Part shown: piece after piece, positions 1 to 14,922 of the stretch | Position numbering within the stretch: position 1 is the stretch's first letter | How the letters are laid out: each line of letters begins with the position of its first letter | NCBI GenBank assembly: GCA_964016885.1 | Contig: OZ024744.1 | Coordinates: 51,832,001-51,896,000, forward strand | DNA from: Eledone cirrhosa | Taxonomy: Eukaryota | DNA length: 64,000 nt | Direction: 5' to 3' | Notes under the pieces: model-generated | What the model was told of the DNA's origin: nothing | What the model saw: the letters and a program-made list of their open reading frames with translations, nothing else | Databases searched by the model: none | Program-made: the position numbers and the translations under genes

Positions 1-355
1 ACATACATACAAAGATATATACATACATGTCTACATACATACATACATACAAAGATATATACATACATATCTACATACATACATACATACAAAGATATAT
101 ACATACACATCTACATACATACACACATACAAACATAGATACATATATACATATATACATGCATAAATACATAAATACATACATACATACATACACACAC
201 AAACATACATACACACGATTGTGTGTGAGTGTGTAAATATGATTTGCGTTGATATAATCTAATATACATATATACATTTATGCACACTCCCAGCTACACC
301 ACACACACGCACACATATAGGCTCAGACATGTGTATATTTTATTTCTCTCTCTCT

Positions 356-411
<56 letters not shown>

Positions 412-556
412 ATATAGATATTTATTTATTTTACATACTTAATTATACTATAAATATACATTTTCGTATGCATGGATAACTTCTTATGTGAGTGTGTGCA
501 TTTAAATATATATATTATAAACATTTATAAATACACACACTCTCGCACATATATAT

Positions 557-594
<38 letters not shown>

Positions 595-984
595 ACACAC
601 ACTGATATATATTTAATATATAATATATAAATAGATACAGAGTAAATGTTTGCTGCATACTTTCTCTGTCTATACGATAAGATTTGTTAACCTAGGATTT
701 TTAAATATGATTTTGTTTAACATATATCTTATTTATTAACTTAATAAACAATAAACTTTAGAGTTGTGGATTAGAGGAATCCTTAGCGGGAGGATTAAAT
801 GATTTGCATAAATAACTTGCCCACTTTTTATATGTTATGCGTTCAAATCCTGCGGAACTATACTTTGTGTTTAAGGGTCGAGAACATTATGAACCAGTCA
901 TGTACTGGAGATGGCTTTAATCGAATTACTTTTTCCCCGAAATTCCTAGTCTTGTTTCTAAATTTGAAACCCTTATTTCATAGA

Positions 985-1188
985 AGTGGTTTGGTAGAGT
1001 CGGTAGAGCATCGCACAACATGATTTATGGCATAGTGTTACGTCTCTTTACGTTCTGAGTTCAAATCCCGCCAAGGTTAGCTTTGCCTTTCATCCTTACA
1101 GGATCGATATAATAACGTACCAGTAACGCACCGGGGTCGATTTAATCGATAATTTTCTCGCCCTGTGTCTGAATTAGAAACTATTATT
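985..1188 (+). mobile_element. tRNA-derived SINE (family S1), with more degenerate copies at ~830-975 and ~1225-1390
   Basis: A-box-like TGGTAGAGTCGG, B-box GAGTTCAAATCCC, body ...CTTTGCCTTTCATCCTTAC..GATCGAT...GTACCAGT shared with >10 copies in the window. Confidence 0.8.
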
Positions 1189-1632
1189 AAATCTTCGGGC
1201 AAAATACTAGTCAGCAATCGGTAACCGATTTTTACATTCTGAGTTCAAATCCCGCTAATTTCAACTTTGCATTTCATCTTTAGAGAAGTCGTTAAAAAAA
1301 AGTACAAGGTAGTAATGGGATCGATTTTATCAACTTCCCTCTTCTCCCGAAATTGTTCGCCTTGTGCTTAATTTAGAAAAGATTATTTATTAACTTAATC
1401 CCCGTATGTGAGAATGTTAATTTCGTCTTTATTTTCAAATTGATTTTTATCGGTTCAGTAATAAAGATCTCAATCATTTTTAATAAAGCGAAAAGTCACT
1501 CCCGGCGATCACATTTTTCGTGAACCAATTTACTTCACTTCCGTTGGTAATGTTGTATATAATGCTCTTGAGAAAGGCATGAACATCGCGTAAGATCATT
1601 GCTACATACACACACACACATATATACATACA

Positions 1633-1744
<112 letters not shown>

Positions 1745-1818
1745 CACACACATACATACATGCATGCATACATATATACATACGTATATACATATATATA
1801 CATATATATACATACATG

Positions 1819-1865
<47 letters not shown>

Positions 1866-1920
1866 TTATATAATATTAATTCAAAATATTAACAAATATA
1901 GACATTCGTGTGATCAAGTA

Positions 1921-1987
1921 TATTTTATTATACATATTTCAGAGGTACTGAGCTATTTACAACAGTACATCCTCATCAGATAAAATA
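1921..1987 (-). ncRNA. Type I minimal hammerhead ribozyme (family A)
   Basis: Minus strand: TATTTTAT-CTGATGA-GG ATGTACTG..CAGTAC CTCT-GAA-ATATGTAT-A-ATAAAATA; 8-bp stem I, full core, short stem III, AUA triplet. Confidence 0.75.
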
Positions 1988-2204
1988 AGATGATGCTTGA
2001 CATACCTTGACTATGTTGATGGTTAAAATTCAGTCATGGCATGACTGAATTTTAACCATCAATGTCTATATTCGTTAATATTTTGAATTAATATTAATAA
2101 TTCCGGAAAACCAAAACTGTAGAGTGCTTCTAATCTATTGTAAAACTTTATTCATTGATTTATTCATTGAACCTTGTTTAACCTTTAAATATATATATAT
2201 ATAT

Positions 2205-2487
2205 AAACGCAATATGTAAACGCAAAAGTGGATATTTCAAAAAACGTTTCCACGAACCAAAGTATCGTCTTCCTGTCTTCCTCCGGTTGCAACGTTTTTT
2301 GAAATATCCACTTCTGCGTTTACATATTGACTTTGTTAGTTTCAGAAGATCCCGTTAAGGGTGAAAGCAGCGATTCTTTGCTTAAACTTTAATCTGTTAT
2401 TTTAATAAATATTTACTCTACGGTTCTTATATATTTGATATGTATTTATCCTTATCGAGCCCTCTTTGGATTTTAGTCTGCAAATTT
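2205..2487 (+). mobile_element. Penelope-like 3' remnant (family B) with 5' fold-back and hammerhead-like motif at 2338-2388
   Basis: Inverted repeat ~2210-2248 / 2291-2329; AGTTT-CAGAAGA-TCCC GTTAA GGGT-GAA-AGCA..TGCT-T-AAACT; AATAAA; related copies at 6019-6165, 15122-15225, 32053+. Confidence 0.65.
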
Positions 2488-2498
2488 ATTATTATTAC

Positions 2499-2579
<81 letters not shown>

Positions 2580-2892
2580 CATATATATCTATATATCTAT
2601 CTATATATATATATATATACACACACACATACATATGTACATGCACACATGTATGCATACACATATATGCAAGCATACATTTATATATAAACGTGTATGT
2701 GTGAGTGCGATTGGAAACGGTTTAAGTTGACGAGTTTTTATGTCTCATAAAAATATCTATATTATTTTCCTTAAAGTATGGTTTACTAAGATAACTTATT
2801 ACTCTTTGTAACATCTTTATTTATACATACACATATTTATATATAGATATATATACATACTTTACACACACACACACAAGTATGCGCGGGCG

Positions 2893-2981
<89 letters not shown>

Positions 2982-3753
2982 ACTGCTTTTTTATATTGAG
3001 TACTTTTCCCTCTTTGCACTGATTGTTATACATTTATGTATGGATTTACACATATATCTATATATATTATCCAAACATAGGTCTACAGGAGTGGCTACTC
3101 GGAGTTTCTTCCTGCCGAACCCTAGGATGTTTATACGGTAGTATGAACACTCAATACGGAATAAATAATACTTTGCTCTACTATGTCTTTAATACTGTAA
3201 TACATTACTCTACACATCTTTACCTTGTTATTCCAACAAACTTTCGAAGTTAGTGTAGAGCCACGATCAGTAAAAAGGTTGAATCTTTTCCTCACCGGTA
3301 TAATCTGTACAGTATTAAGAATCAAACTTCGAGTAAACAAATCGGGAGAGTCACATGAACTCTAGGGTAGAGGCCACATAAACAATAAGGAACTGATATA
3401 CACGATGAAAAATGTAAGACATTTTATTTTTGTATTACGTTTCTCCAAGAATGAGCGGTAAAATAACAATGGAGTAAAAAATGGTGAAAAACCTTGCTTA
3501 AACTCCATTATTGATGTATAGATGTGTCTATATATTATAATTTGAGCATTAATACGAGGAATTTCTTATTAAACATAATTCCTCCCAATCTTGTGTCATT
3601 AGAGAATTCATAAAATATACAATTATGCAATGCCCGAGGAAAAATATGTATTAACAATTTCATAATATATGAAAATTAACGTATCTCACTAATAGCCGTT
3701 AAAAACAAGACAAAGGCGTCATTATAATTGCCTAAGTATATATCACTCACTGT

Positions 3754-4160
3754 TCAAGTGTCAGTTCGCCTCAAGGTCTCAGCCGACAGGATAGAGAAGC
3801 CATTACCCCGGATTATGGCGAGAGAGACGCACTGGAACAACCAATCTACCCCGCGTGACTCACACTTGCGGATAGCCAAATCCACTCCGATATCAGTGAG
3901 TATGCATGTGGTCTGAGGACCAAAATCGCCGGAAGTCTCCCTTGCTATAGGTTCTACCGCAAACCTATTGGCAAGCGCTGGATACTTTGACAAGTTTGCA
4001 CTCTTTAACCTGAGGAGCGGCGAAGCCTAGGCTGGTAACTAAACGTTCCAGGATGCCACAGCGGAAGGTGCCGCAACATGCGACACCCCAGATGACTGGT
4101 CTATCCTCGCGGGACAGAAAGATTGTCATGTCATCTGGTTTTCTGCCTTCCTTTCAGACC
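3754..4160 (-). mobile_element. 3' fragment of a CRE-clade-like non-LTR retrotransposon (restriction-like endonuclease domain)
   Basis: Minus translation GRKPDDMTIFLSREDRPVIWGVACC...KYPALANRFAVEPIARETSGDFG...WLFQCVSLAIIRGN resembles the RPDG..WD..C / P.A.ET.G / LFQR.S.A..RGN pattern of CRE REL domains. Confidence 0.75.
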
Positions 4161-4474
4161 TGAAAGTGAAAGGTTGAAAGAAAGTGTATAATGTTATAGA
4201 ATCTATAACATTATATACTTTCTTTCAACGGTGATGTACTTTTTGACGATGTTCTACTCCTGTCCTCAACAAATATTTCGGCTGATCTAGAGAAGTTATC
4301 CAGCGACAGGCAAAAATAAGTATCTCATGAAACAATTTACCATTTCTGTCTGTATTATATTTATAGTAAGGAATGTCATTAAAATAATATCACATAACAT
4401 TCATTGTTCTTCTTTAAATCCCGGGATTAAGGTAGCCTTCTGGAGGTTTAGCAAATTTATTGTATTTTGATATC

Positions 4475-4758
4475 ATGGCCCACCGACGAGACACTGTATA
4501 GCAATATGGCCCGCCGACGCCGACACTGCATAGCTATGTGGCCCACCGACGAGACACTGTATAGCAATGTGGCCCGCCAACGAGACACTGTATAGCTATA
4601 TGGCCCGCCGAGGCGACACTGCATAGCAATGTGGCCCACCAACGAGACACTGTATAGCAATGTGGCCCACCAACGAGACACTGTATAGCTATGTGGCCCA
4701 CCGACAAAACACTGCATAGCTATGTGGCCCGCAAACCCCAAAAGGTTGCTGACCCCTG
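4475..4758. mobile_element. End of a hAT/Charlie-like DNA transposon with ~32-bp subterminal tandem repeats
   Basis: About 8 units of TGGCCCACCGACGAGACACTGTATAGCAATG ending in AAAGGTTGCTGACCCCTG (revcomp CAGGGGTCAGCAACCT, a hAT-type TIR). Confidence 0.65.
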
Positions 4759-6018
4759 TTATAGATAATATACTAGAGTGAAAATATGCGTAGGGTATTA
4801 ATGGAGATAGTAACTTTTTTAATGAAGAAATAATAAGTAGATAATGACATTAGAGATTATATATAGATATAATAAAATACATAATTTAATAAATGGAGAA
4901 GTAAAACTGAGATGAAAAACGTTGCTAATATAGAAAATATAAAATCACAGTATTTGCAAACAATATACTGAATATTGCCTGTAAAACAGCAGTCACCAAG
5001 TAGATAGAAATTCTAGGTGAATTATTATTTAACAAACAATTATTATAGTTTAATGACAATCTATTTATGAAAGAATGAAATATTTTTTTATGTTATTGAA
5101 ATTTCAGAAACATTAAAATTAGAACAATACTTTTAACAATAAACCTATATTAGAAAACTGTCGTATTGAAAGTGTACCTAAATAAGGAATTGTAGCAAAT
5201 TAGGAAAGAAACAGGAAAGAATAAAGAAAAATAAAGGTATGATAATTCCAAATTTCCTATTAATTTCAGAGGAAAAACTAAAATTTTGAATGCACATAGT
5301 GACCATATATATAAGGTCCATATTCAGTGGTTTACATAAAAGAGTGTATCATGTTAACATGGATGATGGTGTAAACAATGAGTTCAGTAGTCATAAGGTG
5401 GTCCGTACAGTAATTACCAAATAAAATAGTAAATTTTATACAATAAATTTTATCAAATTTTTTTTTCAGTTGTAGATTTATCTTGTATTTAGAATTATAT
5501 TATAATCATAGTATATCAAGATCTAAACTAAAAAGCAAAACAAAATCAAATTTAAAGTTAGATATATTTTACTTAATTACCCATTATGATTAAATAGTTC
5601 CTTGCATCCCAAATATATATATTCAAAGATATATTTGCTTTGGGATAAACAATTAAAACTGAATGAGAATTTTCATTTACAAATATTAGAATTAAATAAT
5701 ATTAGATACTATCAAATAATTATAATAACAACTAAAGATGATAAAGCAACTATTACCTATAGAGCGAAATCAGATTAGAGCAAACATCACGGGCGCTCTA
5801 TCTCAAAATTATTTTTGAAAAGCATTAGAAATGCGCAACCGGTAAGACTTAAAACCAAAACTGAATACTAACCAATACTATTACTAATTTTTACTTATTC
5901 CTAATTAAACTATTTTTCACTGGGAACAATTTGTCAGCATTTTCTTTTCCTTTTACCAATATATCATAACTCGTGTGTTACACCTCTATTCTTTTAAATA
6001 TATATATATATATATATA

Positions 6019-6165
6019 TATTAAAATAACAGTTTAAAGTTTAAGCAAAGAATCGCTGCTTTCACCCTTAACGGGATCTTCTGAAATTCAGAGTTTCAGA
6101 AGATTCCGTTAAGGGTGAAAGCAGCGATTCTTTGCTTAAACTTTAATCTGTTATTTTAATAAATA
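6019..6165. mobile_element. Palindromic family B element (hammerhead-like motif on both strands) in (TA)n
   Basis: About 68-bp inverted arms centred ~6089; CAGAAGA...GAAA motif at 6092-6142 (+) and its mirror on (-); (TA)n on both flanks. Confidence 0.75.
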
Positions 6166-6324
6166 TATATATATATATATATATATATCACAAAGAAAAA
6201 CGTATGTCAACAAAGATTCAAGCTCAATCTATTTCCATGATCAACAAGGCAGGACAAACATTTTTATCAATTATAATCTAGACGGTATTAGCAATCAAAC
6301 TCTGTCTATAATAATAATATTAAA

Positions 6325-6385
<61 letters not shown>

Positions 6386-6613
6386 TATATATATACAGGG
6401 AAAAAGAAGAAATGTATACGTGATCTTTTTTCTTTTTTCCTAATACTGATACTCCGATACCATGCAGGTAATTACTCCACGTCGAGTGCTTACGTCTGAT
6501 TGCACTCAATCGGTCGACTGCTTTGATCAACCAACATTGATTATTTGGAATTATAAATGTATGTATGTATGTATGTATGTATGTATGTATGTATGTATGT
6601 ATGTATGTATGTA

Positions 6614-7143
6614 TGGCGACTAATCTGGCAACCCCACTAAGGTTTCTTGGTGAGGAGGGTGACTTCGGACATCCTGCAGGACTAAAAACAAAACCTGTCA
6701 AAGGGAAAAGGAGCTCTTAAGAGTCAATGGTCATCCAAAATCACCGGGAGAGATGACCCCTTAGCCTTTGTCAAGGCAGAATTCTAGGAGAAGGAAAACT
6801 CTGATATAACACCTGCAACCCTGATGGTATCCAATGATGTTGACTTGTTCTTTTTGGTAAATATCATCTTGGTTAAGAGAGTGGGACTGGCTTTGTGCAG
6901 TGCCTTTGCTCACTATAAAAGCTTCACGGCACAGGCATTGCTTTATATCTGGAGATCTCTCTGCACTTGTACCATGGGCCCAGCACTATGTGTCAATAAT
7001 TGTCACAAGTGTAGTGTTTGTACAGAGTTTTCAAGTCGCTGGCTGGACTAAAAAGTCACACTCGTTCAGCGCATCGGTAGGGGTTCTCCTACATGGATAT
7101 AAAGTAGTGGCCGTACTCGAAAACGAGTTGGCAGCCACCATGT
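6614..7143 (+). mobile_element. Non-coding retroposon family C, 5'-truncated, in (TATG)n
   Basis: Near-identical to 20276-20883 and 60370-60912; shared 3' end GAGTTGGCAGCCACCAT; contains CTAGGAGAAGGAAAACTCTGAT. Confidence 0.8.
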
Positions 7144-7569
7144 ATGTATATATATATTGTATGTATGTATGTATGTATGTATGTATGTATGTATGTATGT
7201 ATGTATGTATGCATGTATGTATGTATGTATGTACGTATGTACGTATGTATGTATGTATGTATGTATGTATGTATGTATGTATGTATGTATGTATGTATGT
7301 ATGTATGCATGCATGTATGTATGTATGTATGTACGTACGTATGTATGTATGTATGTATGTATGTATGTATGTATGTATGTATGTATGTATGTATGTATGT
7401 ACGTATGTATGTATATATGTATGTATTAGTCATTTGCTGGGGCCGACCTCGTGACACATTGAAAACAATTTTTTATATAAAGGACGGTAATATGTTGAGG
7501 ACTGACATGAACAATACAACATATTTACACATTTCTTAGGAAATATGTAATATGTGTTTATCACACCAC

Positions 7570-7625
<56 letters not shown>

Positions 7626-7665
7626 GCTGCTGTTGCTGATGCTATTACTACTGCTACTACTACTT

Positions 7666-7718
<53 letters not shown>

Positions 7719-8022
7719 GCCCCAATGATTCTTTCTACAGAGGAATCCATTTATAACCTCGCTCAATCAGTATATAGAACACAGTCTAATTTGCATAATG
7801 TGAATTCATTTGGCAACATAATTAGTTAAATGATAAATATTTATGTTAGAACACAGAGTATATTTGAAAATTAAATGTAAACTCGACGTTGCTATAAGTA
7901 GTGGGATTAGAAGCCTCGCCTTAAATAGAAACTGTTTTTCTGTGTATACAGAGGCATTACAGGAAAGTTAGTTTATATTTCCTTCTTCTAAAAGTGGGCC
8001 TACTAATAAATAATTGTATCTG

Positions 8023-8371
<349 letters not shown>

Positions 8372-8384
8372 TATATATATATAT

Positions 8385-8742
8385 AGTCTATCAATGATCT
8401 TTCGTCACACACCTGTGACATCATCATTGGTTCTATTATGTTTCCTCCGGTTGTATTGTAATGTCTATTTTATGTTTTATTTTATTATTTATTTATTTAT
8501 TTATTTAGTTATTTATTTATTTATTTGCTTATTTATTCTTGTCTCTGTTTGCTCATGTTTCTGTGTTTGTTATCTGTTTGGTGTGTGTTCGTGTGTGAGT
8601 CTGTGTGTGTTTGTATGTTATCTTTGCTCACTAGTGTGTGTTTATGTGTGTTTGTTATTATTGATCCTCTCCAAATATAACAATATTTGTTTCAACACAC
8701 GACTACATATCACAAACCTTGCAAAACAAATTCACTGCCGTA
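8385..8742. mobile_element. Penelope-like family F 3' UTR remnant with inversion and degenerate HHR (8390-8432, -)
   Basis: 8660-8742 resembles 17892-17970; minus strand ATGATGA-T-GTCACA GGTG TGTGAC-GAAA-GATC resembles the motifs at 17659 and 53720. Confidence 0.6.
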
Positions 8743-8829
8743 TATATCTATATATATATATTAATTTATTTGGGATGGTCATGTATATATATATATATGT
8801 GCACGTATATATATATATATATATATATA

Positions 8830-9037
8830 TAGGAACGAGTAGGACCCCGACGGCTGAGCTCAAGCCGTTTCGACGGCTAATTCTGGACGGCTAATTCTTG
8901 AGTCCAGAATTAGCCGTCGAAACGGCTTGAGCTCAGCCGTCGGGGTCCTACTCGTTCCTATTACCCACTCTACTGCCCTAAGTATTGAGTACTTTGGTGC
9001 GTAATGGTCCACCTGGTTCCTTACCACATTTCTTCCG

Positions 9038-9040
<3 letters not shown>
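8830..9040 (+). mobile_element. Family D fold-back element with 3' half-hammerhead
   Basis: Inverted arms 8830-8887 / ~8902-8960; C-GAA-ACGGC-ttgagctca-GCCGT-C-ggggtc at 8918-8947; (TA)n flanks. Confidence 0.75.
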
Positions 9041-9093
<53 letters not shown>

Positions 9094-9554
9094 GTATATC
9101 CATATATAACCATATAATGTGTCACCATGATACTTACCCCGTTTGAACACAAACATCCTAAAACCGCCTCGATTCTAACATTCATCGCTATTTAAATTAA
9201 AGTGTTTATATATATTTTAAAAATATAATTGTCTTGAAGACAATTATCTAGTTTGCAAAAACATAACAATGTGAAAGTAAATTATGCTAGTAAAGCCTGA
9301 AAGATTAAGTCCGAAAGTATTTGAAAACAACAGGCAGTGTTTTTTTTTATTGGAAATATGGTAACAGAGGACTTGAAGAGGTGTATAGCTGAAGCACAGT
9401 AAATCAACTCTTTGTTATACATAAATCATGGGACAAAACTCAAAGTAGATCAATTGTTACATATTTTGCAGAGTACAAATTCTTATATTCAACATCATAA
9501 TCAAAGAGATCTCTCCCCTTTAGGATACATGCTTGGTCATATGATTTGTTAAAA

Positions 9555-10870
9555 TGTAATATAATATAGTATAATACAATATAATATAGCATGATATAAT
9601 ATAATATAATATAATATAATATATGATATAATATAATATAATATAATATAATATAATATAATAGAATATAATTGTTTCTACTTTAGGCACAAGGCCAGCA
9701 ATTAACCAGTACATTACTGGTACTTCATTTTATCGTCCCCGTAAGGATGAAAGGCAAAGTTAACCTCGGCGGATTTGAACTCAGAACGCAAATGGCCATA
9801 ACTATGCTGCAAAACATGGTGTTGTGACGCTCTATCGATACTGCCAAACCACTGCCCTTAACATAATATAATATAATATAATATAATAAAATATAATATA
9901 ATATAATATAACATGATATAATATAATATGATATAATATAATATAACATGATATAATATAATATAATATAATATAATATAATATAATATAATATAATATA
10001 ATATAACACGACATGATATAATATAATATAACATGATATAATATAATATAATACATGTAATATAATGTAATATAATATAATACTTATAATATAATGTAAT
10101 ATAATATCTAACATGATATAATATATTATAATATAATATAACATAACATGATATAATATAATATAATATAATGTAATATAATTGTTTCTACTTTAGGCAC
10201 AAGGCCAGCAATTACCCAGTACATAACCGGTACTTCATTTTATCGAACCCGTAAGGATGAAAGGCAAAGTTAACCTCGGCGGGATTTGAACTCACACCAT
10301 AAAGGGCCGTAACTGTTTTACTGCCAAGCATGGTGTCAGACACTCTACCGAATGTAATATAATATAATATAATATAATATAATATAATACAATATAATAT
10401 AATATAATATAATATAATATAATATAATATAATATAATATAATATAATATAATATAATATAATATAATATAATATAATATAATATAATATAAAATAATAT
10501 AATATAATATAATATAATATAATATAATATAATATAAAATAATATAATATAATATAATATAATATAATATAATATAATATAATATAATATAATATAACAT
10601 AATATAATATAATATAATATAATATAATATAATATAATATAATATAATATAAAATAATATAATACAATATAATGTAATATAATATAATATAATATAATAT
10701 AAAATAATATAATATAATATAATATAATATAAAATAATATAATATAATATAATATAATATAATATAATATAATATAATATAATATAATATAATAGTTTCT
10801 ACTTTAGGCACAAGGCCAGCAAATACCCAGTGTATTACTGGTTCTTTATTTTATCGACCCCGTAATGATG
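9555..10870 (-). repeat. Tandem S1 SINEs (9670-9857, 10180-10350, 10791-10870) separated by (ATATT)n pentanucleotide tails
   Basis: Three minus-strand SINE copies, each running at its 3' end into an (AATAT)n array. Confidence 0.85.
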
Positions 10871-11196
10871 AAATAATGTAATATAATTTAAAATAATATA
10901 ATAGCAATGATTTCGTTGAAAGACCTAATGAGATAGGGATCAGTTTGAGACACGGTCTTACAGCTAGATACCCTTCATGGCACCAATCGCTATAATCACC
11001 TTTTCACGATATGCACCGATACAGTGAACTCTAAAATGGATACACCCTATATGATATATTATGATATAATACAAAATAATATATATACATATATATATAA
11101 TTATATATATATATGTATGTATGTATATATATATGTTTATATACATATACATATATATAAACATATATATAAACATATATATACACACATACATAT

Positions 11197-11269
<73 letters not shown>

Positions 11270-11321
11270 TATATATATAAACATACATATATACACACAT
11301 ACATGTGGGTATATATATATT

Positions 11322-11379
<58 letters not shown>

Positions 11380-11394
11380 CACACACACACACAC

Positions 11395-11524
<130 letters not shown>

Positions 11525-11820
11525 GTATGTATATATATATATATATACAAATATATATATACCCACAGTAATATGAATACATACATTGATTTGGAATAAT
11601 GATATGTAGGCTTAAAGAAAATACACGCGTATCTATCTCTTTGAATGTGTCTATGCTAACATACATATATATCAATGTATATTTATATACACACACACAT
11701 GTATTTATGCAAACATTTATGCATATAAATATGTGTATATATGTATCTGATATATTGTGGCTACTACTTAGATGTATATTTTCGATTAATACATATATAT
11801 ATACATACATACACACACAG

Positions 11821-11905
<85 letters not shown>

Positions 11906-11907
<2 letters not shown>

Positions 11908-12067
11908 CGTAGGTCCCGGGTTGAGTCGGGGATAACCACAGTAAGTAAGGTACTCAATACATGGCAGAGTAAATCTTTTTTTATTTTATAGAAGGAACTT
12001 CTACAGGACTAGTACTGTTTCATTCAGATGAATGAAACAGTACTAGTCCTGTAGAAGTTCCTTCTAT

Positions 12068-12072
<5 letters not shown>
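11906..12072 (-). mobile_element. Family E fold-back element with 3' half-hammerhead
   Basis: Palindrome 11983-12025 / 12030-12072; GAA-ACAG-tactagtc-CTGT-A-gaag; homologous to 29938-30127 and 28972-29037. Confidence 0.75.
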
Positions 12073-12129
<57 letters not shown>

Positions 12130-12173
12130 CACAATATATTAATAAAAGGAAACTATATTTATAAAACCATATT

Positions 12174-12239
12174 TATTTTATTATATATATTTCAAAGGCA
12201 ACCAAGGCAAATTATGGTGCGCTTTCATCAGATAAAATA
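12174..12239 (-). ncRNA. Type I minimal hammerhead ribozyme (family A, second copy)
   Basis: Minus: TATTTTAT-CTGATGA-AAG CGCACC..GGTTGC CTTT-GAA-ATATATAT-A-ATAAAATA; same stem I as 1921-1987 with a different stem II. Confidence 0.75.
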
Positions 12240-12399
12240 CAGATTTGTTTTATAAATCAATATTCACATACCCTGAAAAAAGACAACCTTAACGGTTGGA
12301 GCTTCCTGGATACATATATATATTTATTCATAAGTCGAAGTAGTAGACGCAATATAGCAGATACATATACACATATTTATATGCACACATTTTGCATAG

Positions 12400-12513
<114 letters not shown>

Positions 12514-12832
12514 GTGTATGCATGTGTGTGTGTCTGTGAGTACTTACTTAATTAGGAATTCATGCTTTTGTATATCTAAGAATATTTGTGAAAATTCATA
12601 ATTTGGTAGAGTAAAATAGCTCAACTATTTTATACATACATGTATACATGGATCTATTTATATATATAAACAAGTTCTTACACACACACACTCTCTCTCT
12701 CACACACACACACAGACAAACACACACACACACACATATATATATATATGCAGACATATATCTGCTTATCTATCTATTTATCTTTTTTTTATCTTTTTAT
12801 TTTACAAATATATTATGTTAACGCTCCCGCCT

Positions 12833-13077
<245 letters not shown>

Positions 13078-13450
13078 ATATGTAAATATGTATATATATA
13101 TAGAGAGATAAATAAATAAATAAATATATATATGTGTGTGTGTATATATGTGTTAGTGTGTGTTTGCGTCAGTATGTATGCTCGTGTATATATATATATG
13201 TATAGACACACACACACACACATATATATGTACATATATATATATATATACAATGATATTAAATATATATATATATATATATTGTGCATTTGTTTGTATA
13301 TCTTTATTAGATGTTTGCAAGTGTGTATGCATATCTGTTTGTACATATATATTGATATGCATCTGTACATGTATGTATTTATATATGTATTCATGAATAT
13401 GTATATATATATACATACACACACACACACACGCACACACACACACACAT

Positions 13451-13502
<52 letters not shown>

Positions 13503-13642
13503 TATACATACATATTTATACATATACATACACACATATATATATATCTATATCTATATATATATATATACTATACATACATATATATGTATATATATAT
13601 TTGTATATATTTATATATATATATATATATATGCACAAACAT

Positions 13643-13712
<70 letters not shown>

Positions 13713-13884
13713 TTCTCTCATGAGTATTGACCCAGTTTTACGTCGCATTTAAAGCTTTTATCAGGACAAACTTTGGCAAATTATAACCAAATAAAAAATT
13801 TGAAAAAAAACTGAAAAAAAAAACAAAACAAAACTAAATGCAAATCTTCCCGCCTTCCCGCGTCTCCACGAAAACAACAACTAC

Positions 13885-13923
<39 letters not shown>

Positions 13924-13992
13924 TCATATATATATAGATGTATATATATACACAAACACACACACAGACACATATATATATAGAAAGAGAGA

Positions 13993-14085
<93 letters not shown>

Positions 14086-14412
14086 AGGCTTGTTTAGATC
14101 CTACCTACGCATGAAGTATTTTATCATAACTCCAAAAGCATCGTCAATAACACTTGTGCAATAGAAAGGTGCATGTATTACTTGTATATTAGAGAAATGG
14201 TAAACTAAAACCAAAAAACAAACAACAGACAACAAACAAACAATGATACTTAAACATAAGTATCAAAGGCAATAATGCATAGGAATGTGTGTGTGTGTTC
14301 ACACATATATATATATGTTAGTCTGTGTGCGTGCGCGCGCGTGTGCATGTATATATATATATACACATATATATATTTATATACACACACCCACAGACAT
14401 ATATATATATTA

Positions 14413-14462
<50 letters not shown>

Positions 14463-14922
14463 TATACACATATATATTTTTATACACACACACACAGACA
14501 TATATATATATTACCTATATATATATATATATATAGATATACACATATATATATATTTTTATACACACACACACAGACATATATATATATGTTTATATAT
14601 ATATATATATATACATATATATCTAGATATATACATACAAACTTATATGTATATATAGTGTAAAGCGGCCACTGTAAAGCACACTGTAAAGTGGTTAGGC
14701 AGCTGTGCAACCCCACACTGTAAAGTGGTCGTGAAGGTGTTGCGATAAAATGTACCCAGTCCACAGTAAATGTGTTTGGCATGATCAAGACAAGAAACAA
14801 CTAGTCTCATCGAAGCCAACTTGGAAAATGGATGTTAAACGGTGATGATGCTGATGATGATGCATACATATATGTATATATTTTATGTATATATATATAT
14901 ATATATATAATATATATATAGT

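Noticed and set aside
4476-4730. CRISPR-like ~32-bp periodicity
   Set aside because: Contiguous tandem units with no unique spacers, adjacent to a hAT-type TIR, in eukaryotic DNA
5290-5425. GPYSVV..VYHV motif suggesting an integrase GPY/F tail
   Set aside because: Needs a frameshift, and there is no supporting integrase core in this AT-rich, stop-riddled region
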